Shown: in pieces, positions 28,044 to 34,716 of the stretch
Position numbering within the stretch: position 1 is the stretch's first letter
How the letters are laid out: each line of letters opens with the position of its first letter
NCBI GenBank assembly: GCA_024654005.1
Contig: JANLGX010000142.1
Location: 1 to 50,927, forward strand
Reading direction: 5' to 3'
Length of the DNA: 50,927 bases
Source: Gemmatimonadaceae bacterium
GTDB taxonomy: Bacteria; Gemmatimonadota; Gemmatimonadetes; Gemmatimonadales; Gemmatimonadaceae
Program-made: the position numbers and the translations under genes
The notes under the pieces: generated by a model
What the model was told of the DNA's origin: nothing
What the model saw: only the letters and a program-made list of their open reading frames with translations
The model's database searches: none

Positions 28044-28627
28044 CGCTCGACCTCCTTGATCCAGGTGCGGAGAAAGGCACGGCCGGCCTCGCCGCTCTTC
28101 TCGGGATGAAACTGAACGCCAGTGGTGCGAGCTGTCTGCACGAGCGCCGGGAAGCGGTCGCCGTCGCAATCCGTCCAGCCACCGACGGCGGAGGGGTCGT
28201 TGGGACGGCAGGCGTAAGAGTGTGCGAAGTACATCGGCTGCGAGTCGGAGAGGAGCGGGCTGGCGGTCGCCACGGTGTTCCATCCCATGTGCGGGACGCG
28301 GTCTCCCGTAAGGCGCGTGCTGCACCCCCCGATGAGCCCAATACCCTTGCCTTGACCTTCCTCGCTGCCATGAAAGAGGAGCTGCATGCCAAGGCAGATG
28401 GCGAGACAGGGGAGGCCGTCCGCGAGCGCAGCGCGCAGCTCCTCCCGAACCGGCGCGAGCTGCCGCGCTGCGGCGGAGAATGCTCCGACGCCCGGCAGGA
28501 CGAGCAATTCGCTCGCGAGGGCTTCACGCGGATTGTCGGTTACCTCGATGGAGAGGCCAAGACTCAGCAGCCCGCGGGTAAGCGAGTGGACGTTGCCGAC
28601 GCCGAAGTCGAGGACGGTGGCGATCAC
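28034..28627 (-). CDS. hisH: Imidazole glycerol phosphate synthase, glutaminase subunit
   Basis: VIATVLDFGVGNVHS.., ..LPGVGAF.., ..CLGMQLL.., ..GVQFHPEKS... GTGA overlap with the hisC stop. Confidence 0.9.
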   Translation of the reverse strand: MIATVLDFGVGNVHSLTRGLLSLGLSIEVTDNPREALASELLVLPGVGAFSAAARQLAPVREELRAALADGLPCLAICLGMQLLFHGSEEGQGKGIGLIGGCSTRLTGDRVPHMGWNTVATASPLLSDSQPMYFAHSYACRPNDPSAVGGWTDCDGDRFPALVQTARTTGVQFHPEKSGEAGRAFLRTWIKEVERCA

Positions 28628-29631
28628 TTTTGCGTTGCTCTTCGGAGGGCAGTGAGGCACCTGTCCATGATCGGCCAGGGGGCCATCGCGATGCGGATTG
28701 CATCGCCGATTCCCGTGAGATTCTCGAACATCCGCGCGCGCACGCGGACAGCCTGCAGCTCTTTCGCTGCTGCGCGCACGTCCACGCCCGTGACTAGCAC
28801 GAAGTTCGCCTGGCTGGGCAGGGCACAGATTCCGGCGGAGGCCAGCTCGGAAAGAAAGCGGGCACGCAGCGCCCTGGTGTGGCTCACGCACACCTCCACC
28901 CACGGCAAGCCACACTCGAGCGCGGTCAGCGCGGTCTGTTGCGCGATGGCGTTGACGGAATACGGCGCGCGAACGGCATCGAGCGATGCGATCAGTGCGG
29001 GCGACCCGACTGCGTAGCCGACTCGAACCCCGGCCAGGCCGAACGCCTTGGAGAACGTGCGGAGCACGAGCAGGCGGTCCGACGATTCGACAAGATCGAT
29101 GTTCGAGCGATCGGCGAATTCGATGTACGCCTCATCGAGGATGACGATGCCTCGAGTGATCATCAGCAGACGCTCCAGGTCTGCGCGATCGATCACGCCG
29201 CCGGTGGGGTTGTTCGGCGAGCAGACGTACACAACGTCCGCATCCGCCCGCGCCAACGCGCGTATGTCTGGGCTGTAATCCGGCGCGAGAGGCGTGGGAA
29301 TCGTGATGAGCCGGCTGGAGCGCGCGAATTGCTCGACTGTTGGGAAGGTCGGATCGGGATACGCCACGCGCGCGCCGGGACGCGCAAACGCGCGAAAGGC
29401 GGCGTCGATCAGCTCGTCCGAGCCGCACCCGACAGCGATCGAGGCCGGCTCGAAGCTGACGTGATTCGAAATCGCTGATCGAAGTGATGCGCCCTGTGCG
29501 GCCGGATATTCCGAGAGAATGTTTGCCGGAAGCTCCGAGAGGAACGCCCTGACGTCCGGCGGCGGTCCCCAGAAGTTGGTGTTGTAGCTGAGGTCCGCGA
29601 TCGCCGAGCCATTTTTCGTGAGGATCGTCAT
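28624..29631 (-). CDS. hisC: Histidinol-phosphate aminotransferase
   Basis: Class-II aminotransferase pattern (..YVCSPNNPTG.., ..RTFSKAFGLAGVRVGY..). ATGA overlap with the hisD stop. Operon context supports the call. Confidence 0.85.
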   Translation of the reverse strand: MTILTKNGSAIADLSYNTNFWGPPPDVRAFLSELPANILSEYPAAQGASLRSAISNHVSFEPASIAVGCGSDELIDAAFRAFARPGARVAYPDPTFPTVEQFARSSRLITIPTPLAPDYSPDIRALARADADVVYVCSPNNPTGGVIDRADLERLLMITRGIVILDEAYIEFADRSNIDLVESSDRLLVLRTFSKAFGLAGVRVGYAVGSPALIASLDAVRAPYSVNAIAQQTALTALECGLPWVEVCVSHTRALRARFLSELASAGICALPSQANFVLVTGVDVRAAAKELQAVRVRARMFENLTGIGDAIRIAMAPWPIMDRCLTALRRATQK

Positions 29632-30962
29632 GCCGCCTCCATTGGCTGTGATTTGTTGCCGGGTCCGACCGCAGACAGCCACGCCGCCCGTGCATGGCCG
29701 TTCAACCCTTCGGCGTCCGCGATGACGGCGACGTCCGGGGCGAGCGACCGCCGAGCGTCCGGGGAAACCCACTGCAGCGTGGTGAAGCGCATGAAGTCGC
29801 TGGTCGAGAGTCCGGACCAGCTCCGCGCCGCGCCGCCCGTCGGAAGCACGTGGTTGGCGCCCGTCAGGTAATCGCCGAACGCGACTGACTGCCCCACGCC
29901 GATACAGATCGTACCGGCGGTCGTGATCTGCATTGCAACGTCACCCGGATCGGATAGCGCGAGGAGGAGGTGCTCCGGGGCGAACGCGTTGGCGAACGCG
30001 ACCGACTCGTCCAGCGATGCAGTCAGGATCCCGCCTGATCTCCGCAGCGATTCCGCGATTATGGCTCTGCGCGGAGCGGAGGCCATCTCGGCCGCGACTC
30101 CGCCCAACACCGCTCTGGCCAGCGCCTCGCCAGGGACGATCGCGATCGCTATCGCGTCGGCATCATGCTCGGCTTGCGCGATGAGCTCCGCCGCGATCTG
30201 TGCGGGCGACGCCGTGCCGTCAGCAAGGATGAGGACTTCGCTCGGGCCGGCCGGACAATCGATTGGGACGACGTCCGCCAGGCGTCGCTTCGCCTCGGCG
30301 ACGTATGCGTTCCCCGGTCCGACGATGCGATCCACGCGCGGGATGCTCTGCGTGCCGAACGCCATCGCCGCGATCGCGCCCGCTCCGCCGACGGCGAATA
30401 CGCGGCTGGCGCCCGCAAGCTCGGCGGCAGCCAGCGTAACCTGGGCGGGAAGACCGTCGGCGGTCGGCGGTGCGCACACAATGATCTCGGGGACGCCGGC
30501 AACGCGCGCAGGAACCACGGTCATGATCACGCTGCTCGGGTACGCTGCGCGGCCGCCGGGCGCGTAAACGCCGACTCGGCGGATCGGATCAGCTCGCCGG
30601 ATGATTGTAATCCCGGGTTCCGGCGAGACCTCTATCGTGCGCGGCTTGGTCGCAGTGTGCACAGTCGCGACGTTGCGCAAGCCGCGCTCGAGCGCGCAGC
30701 GCAGGTCGGGCGGGATCTTCGACAACGCGGCGCGCCATTTTGCGCGAGGAACCTCCAGCGAGTCTGCCTTTGGCTCGCCCAGGTCCCGCGCGACATCCCG
30801 CAGCGCGGCGTCGCCCCGCTGCGAGACGTCGGTGATGATCCCAGCGGTCGTCAAGCGAACAAGGTCGGAGGTTTGCCGCAGGAGCCGCCGCTCCAGTATT
30901 GCGCGGTCTTTCTGCGCGAGATCGCGGAGCGCTCCCGTCCACCGCAGAACGGGTGTCGTCAT
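29628..30962 (-). CDS. hisD: Histidinol dehydrogenase
   Basis: ..VYAPGGRAAYPSSV.., ..AGPSEVLILAD.., ..QAEHD.., ..GDYLTGANHVLPT... ATGA overlap with the hisG stop. Confidence 0.9.
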   Translation of the reverse strand: MTTPVLRWTGALRDLAQKDRAILERRLLRQTSDLVRLTTAGIITDVSQRGDAALRDVARDLGEPKADSLEVPRAKWRAALSKIPPDLRCALERGLRNVATVHTATKPRTIEVSPEPGITIIRRADPIRRVGVYAPGGRAAYPSSVIMTVVPARVAGVPEIIVCAPPTADGLPAQVTLAAAELAGASRVFAVGGAGAIAAMAFGTQSIPRVDRIVGPGNAYVAEAKRRLADVVPIDCPAGPSEVLILADGTASPAQIAAELIAQAEHDADAIAIAIVPGEALARAVLGGVAAEMASAPRRAIIAESLRRSGGILTASLDESVAFANAFAPEHLLLALSDPGDVAMQITTAGTICIGVGQSVAFGDYLTGANHVLPTGGAARSWSGLSTSDFMRFTTLQWVSPDARRSLAPDVAVIADAEGLNGHARAAWLSAVGPGNKSQPMEAA

Positions 30963-31810
30963 GGCATCAACCGCTCGATGCGGGTGACGAGGATCGCGCG
31001 CCCGCCGAGCCCCTTGATGTCCGCCACCGCGCGGTACACGCGACTTGCCGGCACGACCGCGTGCACGGCGACCATCGAGCCGCCGTTCAGAATCTCCGAA
31101 ATCGTGGGGCCGTCCATGCCGGGGACGGCTGATTTGAGATCGCCGAGCCGGTCGCGCGGGACGTTCGCCATCAGGTAGCGCATTCCGCGGGCGCGGAGGA
31201 CGGACTCGAGCGCGATTCTGACGTCGCCAACTGCACTGGCGGTCGGGTAGCCCGTGTCGCGGACGATCAGGCGCGCCGTCGAAGTGAGCACCGTGGCGAT
31301 CTCACGGAGCCCGTTCCCGCGCAGTGTCGAGCCGGTGGAGGTGAGATCCACGATCGCGTCGGCGATTCCGAGCCGCGGGGCGCTTTCCGTAGCACCTGAG
31401 ACCGGAACCAGCTCGACCGACTTGCGCGCACGGGCGAAGTAGTCGGCGGCGAGGCGGGGGAATGCCGTGGCGATGCGCGTACCGGGAGGGATCTCTTCTA
31501 TAGAAGTGATGTCGCTCTCCTCGCGCGCGGCGACGACGAGCCGGCACTCGCCGAAGCCGAGGTCGAGCGCACACTCGAGCGGGCGGGCTGACTCGAGCAC
31601 GAGGTCCCAGCCGGTCACGCCGGCGTCGGCGGCGCCGTCGGCGACGAACTCGGGGATGTCCTGGGCGCGGACGAAGATCGCCTCGATGTCGTCCCCGATC
31701 ATGGAGCTGAGCGCGCGCTCCGGCCGTGCGGCGCCGAGCCCGGCTTCGTCGAGCAGCTCGAGCGTGGCGTCAGCGAGTCGTCCTTTATTGGGCAGTGCTA
31801 GTCGGATCAT
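30959..31810 (-). CDS. hisG: ATP phosphoribosyltransferase, long form with the C-terminal regulatory domain
   Basis: MIRLALPNKGRLAD.., ..DLTSTGSTLR.., and a C-terminal ~75 aa HisG_C-like tail. The ATG at 31810 is used; the longer ORF extension crosses the leader terminator. Confidence 0.9.
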   Translation of the reverse strand: MIRLALPNKGRLADATLELLDEAGLGAARPERALSSMIGDDIEAIFVRAQDIPEFVADGAADAGVTGWDLVLESARPLECALDLGFGECRLVVAAREESDITSIEEIPPGTRIATAFPRLAADYFARARKSVELVPVSGATESAPRLGIADAIVDLTSTGSTLRGNGLREIATVLTSTARLIVRDTGYPTASAVGDVRIALESVLRARGMRYLMANVPRDRLGDLKSAVPGMDGPTISEILNGGSMVAVHAVVPASRVYRAVADIKGLGGRAILVTRIERLMP

Positions 31811-31839
31811 GGAATGGTCAAATGATTGGTGCCGGATGC

Positions 31840-31865
31840 AAAAAGCCCGTCGCGTCGCGACGGGC
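31840..31865 (-). terminator. Intrinsic terminator in the hisG 5' leader
   Basis: On the minus strand, GCCCGTCG-CGACG-CGACGGGC is followed by TTTTT. The T-run ends 29 nt before the hisG ATG. No minus-strand gene lies upstream. Confidence 0.75.
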
Positions 31866-31907
31866 TTTCTGGCATAACAGGGGACATCGCCGGGTCCAGC
31901 GCTCCGA

Positions 31908-32003
31908 TTACAATCCCCCACACATGACAAGCCGCCGCGATCGATTGTCTCGATCATGGGTGTGCCGACGGTGCCACTTATGAGTCACAGAGGAGTATTG
32001 CAT
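31908..32003 (-). CDS. Candidate His-rich leader peptide, MQYSSVTHKWHRRHTHDRDNRSRRLVMCGGL
   Basis: A 31-codon ORF with 4 His codons in a 9-codon stretch (31982->31956). Alternative hairpins and the leader terminator follow. There is no obvious SD and the His codons are not consecutive. Confidence 0.4.
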   Translation of the reverse strand: MQYSSVTHKWHRRHTHDRDNRSRRLVMCGGL

Positions 32004-32102
32004 GACGAGTGTGTGGAGGGGCGGATGCCCCGATATGAGTAAGACGCCTGAGGAGGCGTAAACCCCTATACGAGCTTTTGACAGGGCTTGGCATTGTCCC
32101 GC

Positions 32103-32207
32103 GGAGCGTGCTACGGTGAGCTCCCCCAGTCGCGCCTACGCTTCGCTCGCAAACAGCGCTCGCTCGCTAAGACGGCGCTTTGGGGGAGCCCACCGCGAGC
32201 ACGCTCC
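32103..32207. repeat. Long imperfect hairpin element A (~26-nt arms)
   Basis: GGAGCGTGCTACGGTGAGCTCCCCCA ... TGGGGGAGCCCACCGCGAGCACGCTCC. An inner GCGCC/GGCGC stem encloses TACGCTTCGCTCGC... The loop core is shared with element B. Confidence 0.6.
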
Positions 32208-32253
32208 CATGCCTGGAGTGCCGGAGCGCCGGCGCTCCGCGCGCCTGGTCGAG

Positions 32254-32424
32254 CTACGCATCTGCGACGTGAAGGCGGCCGTGTTTGCGCGATTTTGGCG
32301 CAGGACGCACGACGATTTCCACGTCGTGCCCAAGGGCCGTGAGAAAGGCCAGCAGGCGTTGCGTGGAGAAGCCGCCGAAGCGCCCCCGCAGCATGCGCGA
32401 GACTTTCGGCTGGTCAATACCCAT
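32254..32424 (-). pseudogene. Fragment of an XRE-family HTH (antitoxin-like) gene
   Basis: The minus-strand frame reads ..QAAAALMGIDQPKVSRMLRGRFGGFSTQRLLAFLTALGHDVEIVVRP.. This is the C-terminal two-thirds of a ~95-aa XRE/HigA-type protein. The frame is closed by a stop ~25 codons upstream of the only ATG, and all three frames are closed further upstream. Confidence 0.5.
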
Positions 32425-32537
32425 GAGCGCCGCGGCTGCCTGGGGCGCGCTTATTCGCCTACGACTGAGGGGATTTCGTGATTCTCTTACGTTACGGGCG
32501 CCCTATCGTGGCGGATGCCGTATGAAGGAGATAGAGT

Positions 32538-33083
32538 ATGGCAATGGCGATCAGCGTACCCCTCTATACCGTGGACGATCTCGACGGATTCCCACGCGAT
32601 GGGAACCGGTACGAGCTGCTGGACGGTGTGCTGCTCGTGACGCCGGCCCCGTCGATGTCGCACCAACTGGTCGCGAGTCGGCTGCAGCTTCGGCTCAGCA
32701 ACGCAGTCATGTTGCCGGGCATGGCGAACGTCGTCGGTCCGGGAGCGGTGGTGCTACTGCCGAAGACCCAGCTCGAGCCCGACATACTCGTGTTTCCCGC
32801 GGGCATTCGCGCCAGCGCTCACTGGCGCGAGGTGCACGAGCACTGGCTCGCGGTCGAGATCCTGAGTCCTTCGTCGCGCGTCTACGATCGCGAGTTCAAG
32901 CGCGACGCATATCTGGCGCTGGGCGTTCGCCAGGTGTGGTTGGTGGACCTGCCGGACAGGAGCGTCGAGGTGTGCCGAGGTGCGGGGGATAGTGAGACGG
33001 TGCGTGACGTCGTGCGGTGGCGCGTGCCGGGGATTGACACGCTCGTGTCCATCGGACTCGAGGAGATCTTTGCTGGTTTGTAG
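32538..33083 (+). CDS. Uma2-family (DUF820) putative endonuclease
   Basis: ..DGNRYELLDGVLLVTPAPSMSHQ.., ..EPDILVFP.., ..LAVEILSPSS...D...K...Y...GV.. is the Uma2 signature. GAAGGAG lies 7 nt upstream of the ATG. Confidence 0.85.
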   Translation: MAMAISVPLYTVDDLDGFPRDGNRYELLDGVLLVTPAPSMSHQLVASRLQLRLSNAVMLPGMANVVGPGAVVLLPKTQLEPDILVFPAGIRASAHWREVHEHWLAVEILSPSSRVYDREFKRDAYLALGVRQVWLVDLPDRSVEVCRGAGDSETVRDVVRWRVPGIDTLVSIGLEEIFAGL

Positions 33084-33134
33084 CTCGTAAGGGCTGGGAC
33101 AAACACAACCCTGGCTTTCATGTAGTTTCCCACG

Positions 33135-33216
33135 GCTGAACGACAGAGGGTCTCACCCCGTTGGCGCTACGCTTCGCTAGCACGCGCCACGGGATGAGAC
33201 CCTCTCTTCGTTCAGC
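33135..33216. repeat. Long imperfect hairpin element B (~30-nt arms) between convergent genes
   Basis: GCTGAACGACAGAGGGTCTCACCCCGTTGGCGC - TACGCTTCGCTAGCAC - GCGCCACGGGATGAGACCCTCTCTTCGTTCAGC. The loop core TACGCTTCGCT is identical to that in element A. Confidence 0.6.
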
Positions 33217-33221
33217 TCAGG

Positions 33222-33383
33222 CTACGATTCGTACTGCCTCGCAAAGCGGACGGCGAGGTAGATCCCGAGGCCGGTGCCGACCATGCTCACCATGAAGGCG
33301 GTCATGATCCCGACCTTCGCGCCGAGCCACCAGCCCAGCCAGCCGCCTATAGTGGCGCCCACGAACGCTGCGAGCTTCTTCAC
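33222..33383 (-). CDS. Small (53 aa) two-helix membrane protein
   Basis: Not in the ORF track because it is under 60 aa. GTG start with GGAG 5 nt upstream. VKKLAAFVGATIGGWLGWWLGAKVGIMTAFMVSMVGTGLGIYLAVRFARQYES has Gly-zipper-like helices and good GC3. Confidence 0.5.
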   Translation of the reverse strand: MKKLAAFVGATIGGWLGWWLGAKVGIMTAFMVSMVGTGLGIYLAVRFARQYES

Positions 33384-33483
33384 GCCCGCTCCGGCTTGAT
33401 TCTTCCCATGAGTCTAGTTTAGCTGGTGGACCTTCGACGCCTGGGAGAATTCCTATCCGGATGCTTGTGGTGCGGTGGCGGCG

Positions 33484-33970
33484 ATGACGCGAACCCGGAA
33501 GCTGGCGATCACTGCCGCGGTGCTCGTCGGCATGTCCGCGGGGCTGGGCTTCTTCACGTTCGGCTACGCCAAAGGGGCGTCGTACCTCACCAACGACCCG
33601 GCGGCGTGCGCTGAACATCAACCGGTCGTGCCAGACCTGTCACAAGGTCACGGAGGACGAGCTGCGGCAGCGGGTGCATACGATCCAGGACCGGACGCAG
33701 GAGCTGCGAAACGTGGCGATCGACGCGGTGCTCAACCTGTCGCGCGGGATCGCGGCGGCGGCGCGGGCCGACAGCGGCAACCGGAATCTCGCCGCCGCGC
33801 GGGACTACCAGCGGAAGGCGCAGTTCTTCGCCGATTTCGTGGAGGCGGAAAACTCGATGGGATTCCACGCGCCGCAGGAAGCGGCGCGGATCCTCGCGCG
33901 CTCGATCGACTACTCGCGGATGGGGGAGCTGGCGTTGCGCGGCTCGGCACCGAACAGGGCCGCTCCGTGA
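33484..33970 (+). pseudogene. Deletion remnant of a cytochrome c nitrite reductase locus (nrfH 5' end joined to nrfA 3' end, out of frame)
   Basis: In frame A, MTRTRKLAITAAVLVGMSAGLGFFTFGYAKGASYLTNDPAAC matches the NrfH/NapC membrane anchor up to the first Cys of its CxxCH. From about 33610, frame B reads ..NINRSCQTCHKVTEDELRQRV..AQFFADFVEAENSMGFHAPQEAARIL.., the last heme motif and C-terminal helices of NrfA. Confidence 0.6.
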
Positions 33971-33984
33971 GGCGCCGAGATAGC

Positions 33985-34548
33985 CTACTCCTGCAGCACT
34001 TTCCGGAAGTAGTCGGGTAGGCTCACAGACAAGGGTGAAAGCTCCGCGGCGGGCTGCCATTCGATCCGATCGGTCAACAGCTCCGGCCGATCGTCGTCCG
34101 GCCGCCATCGTTCAACGAGCCGGGCGTCGAGGTCGACGATCCAGTACTCCGGCACGCGCTGGCGCTGATATAGCCGGCGTTTGGTGATCCGGTCCGCGCG
34201 GGCGCTGCTCGGCGAGATCACCTCGACCACCAGCAGCAATCCACCCAAGTCGGCATACGACCGGGGACGGCGACCCTCCAGCAGCGGCGCTACGAAGATA
34301 TCGGGCTCGACCACAGTGCGGTCGTCGTACTCGACGTCGGCCGGCGCGATCACGGTCAGGCCAATGCGGAATCGGTCCACGTAGTCCGCGATCAGCCGGG
34401 CGAGCTCGAACGTGGCGAGCTGGTGGGGAAGCGCCGGCGACGGCGTCACCAGCAGCTGTCCCTCGACGAGCTCGTATCGATTGCCGTCCGCGGGCAGATC
34501 GCGCCACCGCTCGACGGTCCACTCCGGTGCTGTCTCAACCATACCCAT
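33985..34548 (-). CDS. Uma2-family (DUF820) putative endonuclease, second copy
   Basis: ..DGNRYELVEGQLLVTPSPALPHQ.., ..EPDIFVAP.., ..LVVEVISPSS...D...K...Y...VPEYWIVD... Confidence 0.85.
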   Translation of the reverse strand: MGMVETAPEWTVERWRDLPADGNRYELVEGQLLVTPSPALPHQLATFELARLIADYVDRFRIGLTVIAPADVEYDDRTVVEPDIFVAPLLEGRRPRSYADLGGLLLVVEVISPSSARADRITKRRLYQRQRVPEYWIVDLDARLVERWRPDDDRPELLTDRIEWQPAAELSPLSVSLPDYFRKVLQE

Positions 34549-34691
34549 ACTCTAGGCTCTCCGGGGCCGAGCTGGCAAGGGCTCACAGTTGGAGCCTGGC
34601 CTCCTGAGGGCACGCCGGCGTAACCGTTCCTCTGCCGCCCGGAGCCTAGGACTGCGGTGGACGCGCATCAGTTGTTTTGTCTTGCGCCCGG

Positions 34692-34713
34692 TTTAATTAA
34701 GCGATTAATTAAA
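34692..34713. promoter_or_regulatory. Probable TetR operator: a 22-bp AT-only palindrome
   Basis: TTTAATTAA-GCGA-TTAATTAAA has perfect 9-bp inverted arms. It ends 3 nt before the TetR ATG at 34717 and stands out in a ~68% GC genome. Confidence 0.6.
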
Positions 34714-34716
34714 ACC

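Noticed and set aside
31965-31980. The T-box-like string AAGTGGCACCGTCGG in the hisG leader.
   Set aside because: It matches the T-box consensus (GGGTGGTACCGCG) only partially. It sits about 100 nt from the terminator rather than directly abutting it, and I could not identify a specifier-loop architecture. The leader-peptide model fits better.
32078-32083. A perfect TTGACA hexamer on the plus strand as a promoter.
   Set aside because: There is no acceptable -10 hexamer at 16-19 nt spacing, and no plus-strand gene follows for more than 400 nt.
33217-33621. The 134-aa minus-strand ORF 33217..33621.
   Set aside because: Its composition is Arg/Gly-rich and shadow-like, and it spans the intergenic region plus the nrfH fragment antisense. 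A different minus frame in the same place gives a much more convincing 53-aa membrane protein with an RBS (33222..33383).
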